A stretch of DNA of 64,000 nucleotides from Monocercomonoides exilis PA203. Lineage: Eukaryota; Protista; Preaxostyla. Below, in pieces: positions 26,799-38,300 of this stretch. Position 1 is the first letter of the stretch, and each line of letters starts with the position of its first letter. The translations under genes and the position numbers were made by a program. The DNA is taken from assembly GCA_001643675.2 (NCBI GenBank), contig LSRY02000029.1, positions 620,001-684,000 of the forward strand. The letters run 5' to 3'. The notes under the pieces were generated by a model. That model was not told the DNA's origin and made no database searches. It saw only the letters and a program-made list of their open reading frames with translations.

Positions 26799-29033
26799 CT
26801 AGTGGTGATGATGATGGTGAGAACAGTGCTTGTGATTCTCATGATGGTGACTGTGTGACGATGGATGCTCTCTTGAAGAATGTTCTACCGAAGAGTTGGA
26901 TTCATCATCATCATCATCCTGCACATCTTGGCGAGATTTGTGATGACCGTGGCTGTGGCTGTGGAGCTGCTTCGGATGCTCGTCGTGATGGTGATGGTGA
27001 TGGTGGCGATGGCGATGATGTCGATGCTGATGAGGAGAATGAACACGCCCACAGGCACACTCTCCTTCACAGCATTGTTCGCAGTTGTGCTGTTCGCAGC
27101 AATGTGAATGAGTCAATCGAGACAATGAAAGAAGTGCAGTGCAAATAGGACATGAAAGCCCGCTCTGACAATAACTACAAAGAGAGGGAGAAGGAGATGG
27201 AAGAAGAGGATTGGAAGATTCCACAGGTACTTCAGTTTGACACTGATTTGCTTGGCTGGAAATGGAAAGTGGAACAACCTGTGGAGGCATTGAACCAAAT
27301 GTGAAAGAGGAGATTGCTGGTGCCTCAGCTCCAATAGAAATGCTGCCAGATGGATACGATGGAATTGTGGTTGAAGGAATTGGTAAGGAAATTGGTGAAG
27401 GCATTGTTGAAGGCATTGGTGAAGGCGATGCTGCTTCAGTCAGGGTAATTGTGCTGCTCGGTGGTTGAGTGCAATCAACAGATGCCGTTTGATTGGTGAG
27501 GGTTAAGTTCGGTCTATACTCAAATGTTGTGATGTTCGTGAGGCGCCCGTTTGATTCGATTCTCATCGTTGGACGTGAGCTTGGATGGTCAGCTGATGCA
27601 GCAAGCTGAGAATTATCAGCAGCAGAACTCGTTTGGAAGTTGATGTTTGGTGGAAGCTGCGCAGATAAGTTACTAGCATCAGATGAAGAGGAATCATGGG
27701 AATCTGCGGAGGGTAATTCAGAAAAAGTTCTAGGCCACAAATCCCGTATGGGAGCAGGAAGCAATGAAGAAGTGACTGTTTGGCGAGATGCCTCAACCGG
27801 GGGTGCAGAAATTATCGAAGAAAGAGTACTTTGGCGAGATGCCTCTCCCTGTGGAGAATGAGGACTAACTTGTGATTCGCTTCTGTGTGCTTCATCTCTT
27901 CCTTCTTCACGCCTTTCTGATTGCGATCTGCCAGATATCTCTCTCAGAAGCGTTCGCAAGCCGGCTCTGATATTCCGCGCCCTCCACGATGGAGGCAACG
28001 GCCCATAACGCGAAGTAGCAAGGATATTCTCTACGATATGTGAGGCATTTGATGCTGAAGTTCTATTTGAAGATGAAGAAGCTGTTTCAATTGGATGAGC
28101 AGATTGCCTTGCTGCAGCAACCGCTTGTGTTGAAACTGGTACTGATGCTGATGCTGTTGATGCAGATGCAGAGGCTGTTGGTGCTGATGCTGGTGCTGTT
28201 GGTGCTGCAGATATTGACGGTGCTTCCCTTGTTGAAGTTGTTACGGCATTAGGTGTTGTTGTGGAACTCTCATGCGACCGGCTTTGCACATTATTTGAAG
28301 TATTATTTTGTGTTCGAGTTTCAGCAGTTGTAGTTGAATGAGGCGAGTTTGTACGAGAGTGAGAATGAAGTCTGATACGAGCACTTGAATGAGATCGCGA
28401 ATGGGAGTTACTTTGATTTTGAGAGTTAGACGATGTACTTGCTTGTGAAGGTTGAGTTGATGAATCTGAAGATCTGTTAGAAGAATTCCTTGCATTCGCA
28501 TGATTTGAGCCTGACTGTCTTCTCGATGAAGTATTAGATTGAGATAAATTAACGGAAGGACCGAATAGCATTTCCATCCATTGATTCATAACATCACCCA
28601 TTGCAGAATTAGTCGAGATATTTTGTGGTTGACTTGAAGGAAAACCACCAAAATACAAATGCGTTACTGTGCCGTTTCGCGAAGGAATTGTAAATGATGT
28701 CTGCATCGTTTCCATATCAAAATCAGTGGATAAAGTTGGGTCTGGGCGGGCATCTTCAGATTCATAAAGATGTCGGGGTTCTTGCTCTTGATGCGGAAGG
28801 TCTGGTTCATCTTCTGGCTTTTCCATAATATGTATAATCATGCCTTCTTGAATGTCATTAGATCCGAGTGTTCCGCTTGACACAATTTTTCCATTTAAAA
28901 CCAAACGTTGTTGTTTTACAGGAATAGATGTAAGTTCCGAAATTTTATCTTTTAGCTGTTCAATAGTTTCATCTTCATCACAATTAATATTGCATGGCTC
29001 GGAACCGTTCAGCGGTCTTAAAGATATTTTCAT
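26799..29033 (-). CDS. N-terminal ubiquitin-like-domain protein with a Ser/Thr-rich disordered body and a Cys/His-rich C-terminus
   Basis: MKISLRPLNG...TIEQLKDKI...IPVKQQRLVLNGK...LGSNDIQEGMIIHIM is a UBL domain; ~744-codon ORF with no intron needed. Confidence 0.85.
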   Translation of the reverse strand: MKISLRPLNGSEPCNINCDEDETIEQLKDKISELTSIPVKQQRLVLNGKIVSSGTLGSNDIQEGMIIHIMEKPEDEPDLPHQEQEPRHLYESEDARPDPTLSTDFDMETMQTSFTIPSRNGTVTHLYFGGFPSSQPQNISTNSAMGDVMNQWMEMLFGPSVNLSQSNTSSRRQSGSNHANARNSSNRSSDSSTQPSQASTSSNSQNQSNSHSRSHSSARIRLHSHSRTNSPHSTTTAETRTQNNTSNNVQSRSHESSTTTPNAVTTSTREAPSISAAPTAPASAPTASASASTASASVPVSTQAVAAARQSAHPIETASSSSNRTSASNASHIVENILATSRYGPLPPSWRARNIRAGLRTLLREISGRSQSERREEGRDEAHRSESQVSPHSPQGEASRQSTLSSIISAPPVEASRQTVTSSLLPAPIRDLWPRTFSELPSADSHDSSSSDASNLSAQLPPNINFQTSSAADNSQLAASADHPSSRPTMRIESNGRLTNITTFEYRPNLTLTNQTASVDCTQPPSSTITLTEAASPSPMPSTMPSPISLPIPSTTIPSYPSGSISIGAEAPAISSFTFGSMPPQVVPLSISSQANQCQTEVPVESSNPLLPSPSPSLCSYCQSGLSCPICTALLSLSRLTHSHCCEQHNCEQCCEGECACGRVHSPHQHRHHRHRHHHHHHHDEHPKQLHSHSHGHHKSRQDVQDDDDDESNSSVEHSSREHPSSHSHHHENHKHCSHHHHHH

Positions 29034-29153
29034 CGAAAACAAAAATTAAATAATTGAAATATTTATAAATAATGTCAAAAGATCATCAAAAAGGAGAAAA
29101 AGAGGGTTAGATCTTTGTGTTCGAAGAACAAAAAATAGATTCATCTTCACACC

Positions 29154-29945
29154 ATGGCATCTAAGTGTGTTAAAATTTTTGATAAAATTTAGAAACATTA
29201 TGTCTATTTTATTTTGCATTTGTCCTATCATTAACAACTTATTGCTAAATTTTTGGAATGGCATCGCTTTACGTAAATGTTTGATGGCTTCAGGCTTCCT
29301 GATCTTCTGTGGGCCCAACGCGTACCTCATGTATATCTTACCATTGACCTTCCCAATGTTACAGCATCTACAGCTAAAATTGAGTTGACAGAGGATTCAA
29401 TGCATTTTGTTGGAAATGGAGGAATTGACCAAAGCAAATATGAAGTTACCGTGAACTTCTTGAAAAGCATTGACATTGAAAAATCCAGTCATGCAATCAA
29501 ACCCCGAAATGTGATCTTCTTTTTGGTAAAGAAGGAAGAAGAATGGTGGCCAAGATTAGCAAAAGAAGGAAAAGCAAGAAATATTAAAGTTGATTGGAAC
29601 AATTGGAAGGAAGAAGATGAAGCAGACGAAGATGAACAACCACCAAGCGATTTCGATATGTCTCAATTTGGAGGTATGGACGGAATGGATTTCAGCGGAA
29701 TGGGAGGCATGGGAGGAATGGGAGGAATGGGAGATATGAGCGGATTAGGAGATATGGGAGGAATGGGTGGTATGGGCGGAATGGGAGGAATGGGAGGAAT
29801 GGGTGAACCAGATGACGAAGACGATGATGATGATGACATTCCCGATCTTGAAGCAGGCGAAGGAGAAAAAGAAGGCGATGAAATCAAAGAAGAAAAAAAG
29901 CCCGAAGAGGAGGAGGAAGCAAAAGAAGAGCCAAAATCTGAGTAA
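29154..29945 (+). CDS. PTGES3: Hsp90 co-chaperone p23/Sba1, intron 29165-29293
   Basis: MASK|LPDLLWAQR, WWPRLAK, IKVDWNNWKEEDE; GGM-repeat and acidic tail. Confidence 0.93.
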
Positions 29946-30635
29946 TTGTGCAACAAGCACAATTAGCTCTTCACGATTCTTACTCACAAATTGATTTATC
30001 AACCATTCGCTTTTTGAAATTTATCACAACATTTAGCTATTTGGAAAAACAAAAAGAAGAGAAGCGTTTTTTTACTGAATTTAAATTGTTATTTGACTTT
30101 GTAGTTTAAGCATTTCATTACCTATCTTTTTCGCACAAAAATAAACTAGAAGGCAACTATTGGATGAATTTTTTTTTTTTTTTGTTTCTTTTAAGATGCA
30201 TTCCATTTTTTTTTAAAAAAAGCTTCAAGCAAAATCCTAAAAAAGAATATTTTCGCAAAGTGATGATATTTGATGACTTTGCTCAAGAAGTTCACAAAAG
30301 GAGAAGTTGATTTTGATGAGACATTTCAAATGATGTGAAATGAAATGAAATTATTATTCACATTCCAAAGAATACAAGCATGAGAAGAAGGAATTGATTA
30401 ATGATTGAGATGCCATTGATACAATTTGTATTAAAGAAAAATAAAAATTTACCTTCAAAAGGAAGAATAGGTGAAATTAAAGAATCAACTACTGACTGTG
30501 TAATTCAGAACAAAAGACGTTTCTCCCTCATTTTAAGAGAAGAAAAGAGGGAGAAGAGCAAATAGAATAAAAAGGAAAAAAGAAATAATTAAAAACTTGT
30601 AAAACAACATATGAATATCTTTTAACGCAGTGCAG

Positions 30636-32047
30636 TTATTCATCGACTTTGATGTAGACTTTCTCTTTGCTGAATGCTTTGATGTTCTCGTCGATTTCTT
30701 TCAGTCTATCTTCCAATTCAAGTCTTCTCCTGCAAAATATATCAATCAATAGAACACAGAACAAAACAAGTTGAAGTGAATGAAATTCGAAAGACAAAAA
30801 TCAAAAGAGAAAATTTTTATGTTAAAAATAGTTAAAGTTACGCTCAAACTTTTCAGAGGCTTGAGTTTTGACTGCGATCGGAAGCTTGTTTATTTGTGTA
30901 TTAACATCCTCACGACTGACAAAAAAGCAATGCAGATGTTTTCGAAGCATAGAGTAACCATATGAAGAGCATAGAAAAGTAATTACAACAAAAACATGTT
31001 CCAATCTTTTAATTTCAAATAAACAATAAAACTACAAACGCTGCATGAAGATTCATTAAGGTGTCCAATCTCTCTTCCTCACTCAGAAGTACAAGTCCAG
31101 GCGGAGCAGCTGTTTCTTCTTCGATTCGCCTTAAACAATCATAACAAACATTTCAAATAAAATCCAATAAAAAGTTTGGTTTTTTTAAATTAAAAAACGA
31201 TAATGGTAAATAGAATGATAGTTCAAGATTTCTAAGAATAAAATAAAAGGTATTAACCTTAGGTTATCCTCAGCTTCCTTCAACCTTTTCCTCTGCTCCA
31301 GATATTCCGGAACTTTTCCAAAACTTGGATTCAATGACCTTGCATCACCAACTGCAGAACTACTTTGTTTTGAAGCAACTTTTGGCTGGGGAGCTCCACG
31401 AACGCCCTTTGGTGCAGCAGAAACACCACTTCGTTGACCTCTCATCCCTGTTAGATGAGATATACTCTCTTCCTTTCTTCCTCCAAACTCTTTTTCATAA
31501 GCTTCGTCAAATTCATCATACACTACATGCCTCGGACCAGGCATTGCAGAAGAAATTGGCTTTCTATACGAGGAAGTTGCTGACGATGCTTGTCCTTTTC
31601 GTATTGATGATGATGAATCAACTCCAGAACCTCGAGATTCAGGAGGAGGTAAACGAGGCTAAAATATATATATATATTAACATGATACGACATATTTCAG
31701 CATTATATTTAAGCAGTCGAACGGATTTAAAACGCAAACTTCTGCACTTACTCTGGGCCCAACATCTCGAAATTCTTTGAGCTTCCAAGGAACAGTATTT
31801 TCTTTTTCCCATTCATCTTGCATTCGTTTTGAACGCAACTCTTGCTCTTTTCTCTGAAGCTTTTCCCGGTTTTCCTTTGCATAATCTTCAATATGTGAAA
31901 ATATAGGAAAATATGAAAAAATTCACCTTTTGGACGAATTCCTTTTCGTTTGAGTGCATCACGAGAATCTGTTACAGGATCTAAAAAACTAGAAACATGG
32001 TCTGCTTTCATTCTTTTTGCAATTTGCCTTGCTTCAAGCGTGCTCAT
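30636..32047 (-). CDS. ENKD1: Enkurin-domain-containing protein (ENKD1-like), multi-exon
   Basis: PK|DYAKENRKKL, FGKVPEYLEQRK, PPGLVLLSEEERLDTL and ELEDRLKEIDENIKAFSKEKVYI* form the enkurin domain. Confidence 0.85.
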
Positions 32048-32315
32048 TTAAATTGATTTGAGTTTTTGGATAAATGAAACTATATTGGGTTCTTTGATCT
32101 TTATTGATTAAAAAACAAATAAAAATGATCGCAAAACATCAAACAAAAATCAATAGCTTTGTAAACATAACTACCACGAAATATTACAAAATTATAATAA
32201 CAGAACAAAAAAAAAACAAACATACGAAATAACATAATTAACTTAATTGATTCATTTACATTCAAAACAGTAAAAAATAAAAAAAAAAAGAACTAAATTA
32301 TAAACAAATTCAAAT

Positions 32316-35300
32316 TCATTTTTCATCATCAGCAAAGACCTCTGTAAGTATAAATCCATCCATAGAATCTGTCTCATCTTCTGTCTCATACTCTGTTTCC
32401 GTCTCGCTCTCCCACTCTTCGTCTTCTTCGTCTTCTTCTTCCTCATATTCCTCCTCATTTTCTTCATTTTGCATGCTTCTTTCACTTTTCTCTGACGCAT
32501 TTCCAACATTCGCATTGTTCTTCTGCACTCCACCAAACACCCCCAACCCATCTCCATTCTTCTCCATCTTCTCCATCTTCTCATTCTTCTTCCCTTCTCT
32601 CTCGTTTCTGTTCCTCACTCCATTCTCTCTCAGTGCTGCTCTGCTTTCCCTTCTTCCCAGTGGCGAGTGTGTGGCTGAGCTGAGTGTGGCTGAGAAGCAG
32701 TGGTGGATGTGCTCGTGGAAGAAGAGGGGAGGAAACTGCTTGTGACACAAAAAGCACTCAATCGGAGGGGCTGAGAAGGCAGACACACGCAAGGGGCGGC
32801 GCTGGGGCTTAGGAGAAGGAGAAGGAGAAGGAGAAGAAGAAAGAGAGGGGGAAGGAGAAGAGGAAGAGGATGATAATTGAGAAGGAGAAGGAGAAGGAGA
32901 TGAAGATGAAGAAGAGGTTTTGGAAGAATACGATTTAGAATTAGAAGCAACAGCATCAGAAGAAGAAGATGATGATGATGAAGATGAAGATGAACCTGTT
33001 GAAAGTGTCACATTTGGAGTGAATGCAGAATGAGCCAATGAATCCTTTGCATCCACATCAGCAACAGACACATCATTTGGTGTTGTGTTGATTGCATTAG
33101 AATTCGAATTCGAATGAGAGAGAGAAAGAGAGAGAGAGAGAGAATAAGAAAGAGAATGTGAGTGAGAGTGTGAGTGAGAGTGTGAAATGTATGGCTTGAG
33201 GGAAGAGGAAGAGGAGAACGGAGAGAAAGGAGGAGGCAGCTGAGATGTGAGGTCAAGTGGATGGTGGGGTGTTGGGAGAGAAGGAGAAGGAGAAATGAAT
33301 GGAGAGTGCTTGGGTGAATTGGAAGAAGAAGAAGAAGAAGAATGGAAAGAGGAAGAAGAGGAGGAAGATGAAGAAGAAGGATAAGAAGAAGATGTTGTTG
33401 TTGTATGTGTTTGTGTGTGTGAGAGAGAAGGAGGTGAATGTGCTGATGATTTGTGAGATGTGTCAGAATGAGCAGAATGAGCAGAATGAGCAGAAAGAGA
33501 AGGAGAAGGAAGAGAAGGAAGAGAAGCAGAAGAAGGAGTGCGAGAAAGACTGGCCGACGGAACATCGAAGGAAGAGGAAGGAGAAGGAGAAGAAGGAGAA
33601 GAAGAAGAAGAAGAAGAGGAAGAAGAAGAGGAAGAAGAAGATAATGATTGATTTTTGAGTGAAGTTGAAGAAGAAGAGGAGGAGAGAGGCGAATGAGAAG
33701 CCATTTCGTTCTTTTTGAAGATGGAGAAGGATTTTATGAGTGTTGTCTGTGCTGAGTGAGAACGGCGTCTGCTTTGATCGAATGGAGAATAAGAAGAAGA
33801 GGAAGAAGAGGAAGAAGAGGAAGAAGAGGAAGAGGAAGAAGAAGAGGAAGAGGAAGAAGAAGAGGAGGAAGAAGGATTAGTAATGTCTGAAAGTAAAGAT
33901 GTGTGGTTGAGTGTGGATGGGTCAGCAGAATTCATAGAAGAACACGAAGAGTTCAAAGAAGTTGTGGAAGAAGAGCAATTTGAGGCAAGTGAGGAAGTGG
34001 AAGAAGTGTTAGAAGAAGAAGAAATCGAAGGAGAAGAAGAAGCATTTGAACAAGAAATCGTCTTTGAAGAAGAAGAAGAAGAAGAAGAAGAAACCGACGT
34101 AGAGCGAGGGAATATCAAAGGATCTCCTGATATTTGTGGCTTTAGTTGTCTGACACCTGCACACACATCGTCATATGCCAGCGACTTCTCCTTTGAAATG
34201 GTCTGTGTGTTGACTGCTTTTGACCTCATTCTCTGGAAGAAAGAAGGCTTTCTGGTTAATCCAGTGGAGTTTGGCTTGATTGTGGAAGAGAAAGGAGAGG
34301 AAGGAGAAGAATGGGAAGAGGGGGAGGAGGAAGAGGAAGAGGAAGAGGGGGAAGAGGAAGGAGAAGAAATAGAAGGGGAAGAAGAAGAAGAAGTTGAAAT
34401 TGATGCTTCATTTGACTTTGTTGCTTGTTCTATTCTCTTTTCAGTGTTTCTGGTGGAAGGAGGGTGGAACTCAGCAGAAGAGGCAAAGCAGTCGATGATA
34501 ACAGGATCATCTGATATGTCATCTATGTTGCATTTGGACGATGATGAGGAGGAAGAAGATGAAGAAGAAGAGGAGGAGGAGGAAGAGGAAGAGGAAGAAA
34601 GAGAGACAAAATTATCTCTCTCTTTGATTGATGATTCATTTGCATGTATCTTTTCATTTGTTTCAGAAGAAGAAGAAGATGATGATGATGATGATGATGA
34701 ATGAGATGGGATGATGCCAGGCAAAGAGGCAGTAGACAGAGAAGAAGACATTTGTGGAGTGCTTGAGACATCACAATGAGATGAAGAAGGAGAATTTGAA
34801 GGAGAAGAAGAAGATGATGATGGATTTGATGGATTTGAGGAGGAGGAAGAAGAAGAAGATGATGATGATGATGATGAATTTGCAGAAGAAGCAACAGAAG
34901 TAATGGAAGGGCTGATATTTTCCTCTTTGCAGAGTTCACAAGAAGTGTTTGGGGAATGAAGAGATTGATTTGTTGTGGAGAGACAGAGAGAAGAAGGAGA
35001 GGAAGGGGCAGACGGACAGTTCACACAAGAAGAGGAAGGAGAAGGAGAAGAAGAAGAGGGAGAAGAAGAGGAAGAAGAAGAAGAGGAGGAGGAGGAGGAA
35101 GATAAAGATGATTGAGGCAATGCATTCCTCACCCATCCGTCAGGCATTGAGATTGAACGGCGCTGGCACGTCATCTGCTTTAATCGATTCTCTTCTTCCT
35201 CCTCCTCCTCTTCTTCTTCTTCTCTTTCTCTTTCTCTTTTGCTTAATCTTTTCCCTCCCCCTCCTCCTCTTCCTTCTTTTTCTTTTTCTTTTTCTTCTGA

Positions 35301-38300
35301 TTTCTTTCCATTTATACTTGCTACACTCACACTTTCCCCACTTTTTGTGTCTTTCTCTTCTTCTTCCTCTTCTTCTCTTTCTCTTTCTCTTTCTCCTATA
35401 TCTCCTTCTTTTCTCATATCATTATTCTTTCTATTATTATTATTATTATTATTATTATCATCATCATCTTCTTCTTCTTCTGCCATCTTATTTGTTCTTC
35501 CGTTATTCAATGAATGCTCTTCATTCACATTTGATAAAGAGAATGAAGAAGGAAGAGGAAGAATCTGCTGATCAACTGAAACAGGAAGAGAAGAAGAAGA
35601 AGAAGAAATAGAAGAAGAAGAAGAAGAAGAGGAGGAGGAGGAGGAGGAGGAGGAGGAGGAAGAAGAAGAAGAAGAAGAAGAAGAAGAAGAATGATTATCT
35701 GATGAATTGGCAGATGAATAAGCAGCTGTAAGTGGAGGAAAAGCTGTTGAAGGATTCAATTTTGGTGATTGGAACAAGGGGAGTGATGAAGAAATGGAAG
35801 GAGAAGAAGAAGAATTTGAAGAAGAAGAAGAAGATGATGATGATGATGATGGAGTTGATGAAGCAGCTAATGTTTTATTCTGTTGAGAAGAGAGAGGCAT
35901 AACAAAAGGAGAACGAATAAGATGAATTGAAGGCACCACAGGTGAAGCAGGGGCAGAGGAAGAGACAGAAGATGAGGAAGATGAAGGTGAAGGTGAGGAA
36001 GAAGAAGAAGAAGATGATGATGATGATGAAGATGATGAACTCTGTTGATTGGGAAGAAACCCACCAGAAACAGAAATTTGAGCCATTTTTGGTGAGAAAT
36101 GAAGAGAATTCGCCTTTTTTGGGGCAGAATGAGAAGACATTAGAGAAGAAGAAGAGGAGGAGGAAGAGGAAGAAGAAGCAGGAGATGTGTCAAAGAGAGG
36201 AAGAATGGGACTTTTCTCTTGTGAACGAGGAGTAAGTGGAGAGGGAGAGGGAGAAGGAGAAGATGGAGAAGGTGAAGGAGAAGAAGGAGAAGAAGAATGA
36301 AATGAGGAAGAGGAATAAGAAGAGGAAGAGGAAGAAGAAGAGGAAGAGGAGGAAGAAGAAGAAGGAGCATATGAAGAGTGAGGAGTATGAGGAGAGAGAG
36401 AAGGAGAATGACGAGAAAGAGAAGAAGAGGAAGAAGTGCGAGAAGAAGCAGCAGAAGAAAATGAGAGGGGGACATCAACATCAGACACAGCACATGAATG
36501 AGAGGGAGAGGTGTGAGTGGAGGGGGAAGGAGAAGGAGAAGAAGGAGAAGGAAAAGAAGGAGAAGACGTGAAAGATGATGATGATGATGAAGAGGAAGAA
36601 GAAGTAGAAGCCGTCCGAGATTTCATCCCCTCACAAGCATTATCATTATCATTGTCATTATCATCATCAGCAGTCGAAGCACCAGCACCAGCAACAGCAA
36701 AAGAGAGAGAGCAGCAGAAGGAGTCGTCGATGAGTGAGGGAGGAGGTGTGGGAGGGGCGTGGCGAAGGTGTCTGGTGTGTGTGGGTGTGGTGAAGATGGT
36801 CTTAGAAAGATGGAGATTGCATTCTTTCTCCTCACTTTCAGTGCTGCTTGTGTGGAGCTGGGTGGAGGAGCGGGCGATGGAGGGAGAAGAGGAAGAAGAA
36901 GAAGAAGAAGAGGAAAAAGAAGAAGGAGCATTTAATCGATCTTCATCAATTAAGACATCTTGTTCTGTTTGATCTAACTGATTCAAAGCAGGAAGCAATA
37001 GTTCAGAGCCAGAAGAAGAAGGAGAGGAAGAAGGAGAAGAGGAGGAGGAGGAGGAAGAGGAGGAAGAAGAAGAAGATGATGATATTTGTTCATTATGACT
37101 GTTTTTGCGAGAGGCGTCTGAAGATTGGCGTGTGGGTTCAGTGGAAGCACGACGCAAGCGATGGATGGAGGAGAGGATGGGAGGAGAGAAGACATCTGGA
37201 ATGGAATCAGAGGAGGAGGAGGAGGAGGATAGAGAAGAGGAAGAGGAGGAAGAGGAGGAGGAAGAGAGAGCGCTGACATGTGTGGAAGTGTGTGAAGTGA
37301 AAGAAGAAGAAGAAGAAGAAGAAGAATTTGATGATGATGATGAAGTGTCTGAAATAGAAGCATCAACAGCAACTGGGTTGAGAAGAGTAGAAGATGAGCA
37401 GAAGGAGACAGGCATATTCAGAGAGGAGTCAACTGCTGAAGAGATATCTGATTCAATCAAAGAAGAACGCATTGGTCTTTTGTGGGTATCTGTGTGTTCA
37501 GAAATGATTGATTGAGAAGAAGAAGAAGAGGGAGAGGGAGAGGAAGGAGAAGAAGGAGAAGAAGATGTGAATGATGATGATGATGATGATGATGAATTTG
37601 GCTGTTCCATTTGTATTTGTGAGCATACACTCATCAAATTCTTATTCATTTGATTCCGTTCTCTCTCTATCTGATTGTGTTGCAATGATTGTGCCTCTTC
37701 CTGCTCTTCACTCTCTGGATACAGAAAAAACTCATTGACTTCTGACGCTCCTTCTATTCTGGCTCTCTTATCAGCTATTTCTTCTTCTTCTTCTTCTTCT
37801 TCAGAAGGAATGCTGCTTTTGGAGATATTCTCAAATGACTGTGCAATTTGCTCTTGAATTTTTGTGCTTTTCGATTTTAAATCTTCTTCTTCTTCTTCCT
37901 TCTCTTTTTTCTTTTCTTTTCCAATTTTAATTCGACTATTTTCTGGTTCATTTTCGAATATTTCTGTTGCTTCTTGATTTATCTTGTTTCCACATTCAAT
38001 TTGATTGTCTTTGCTACAAACAGCTTCATTGCTAATATCAACCAAACACACATCTTCAGTATCTTCATCATCAATGTTGTCATCTTCGTCTTCTTTTTCT
38101 TCTCCTTCATCATCTTCCTCCTCTTCATCACTTTCATCTTGTTCCTCTTCCTCTTCCTCTTCCTCCTCATCCACCTCCTCCCACTCACTTGACTCCTGCT
38201 GCATCTCCACTTCCCCTCCTCCTCTCTCTCCTCCTCCTTCCTCTTCCTCCACATCCATCTGCTCCCCACCCATCATCCACTCCTCCCCCCACCCTCCGTT

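Noticed and set aside
29695-29805. 9-bp GGAGGAATG tandem repeat as a non-coding array or CRISPR
   Set aside because: It encodes the GGM repeat of the p23 tail and has no spacers
30270-30338. EF-hand-like peptide KGEVDFDETFQMM*
   Set aside because: Preceded by in-frame stops, with no supportable exon structure
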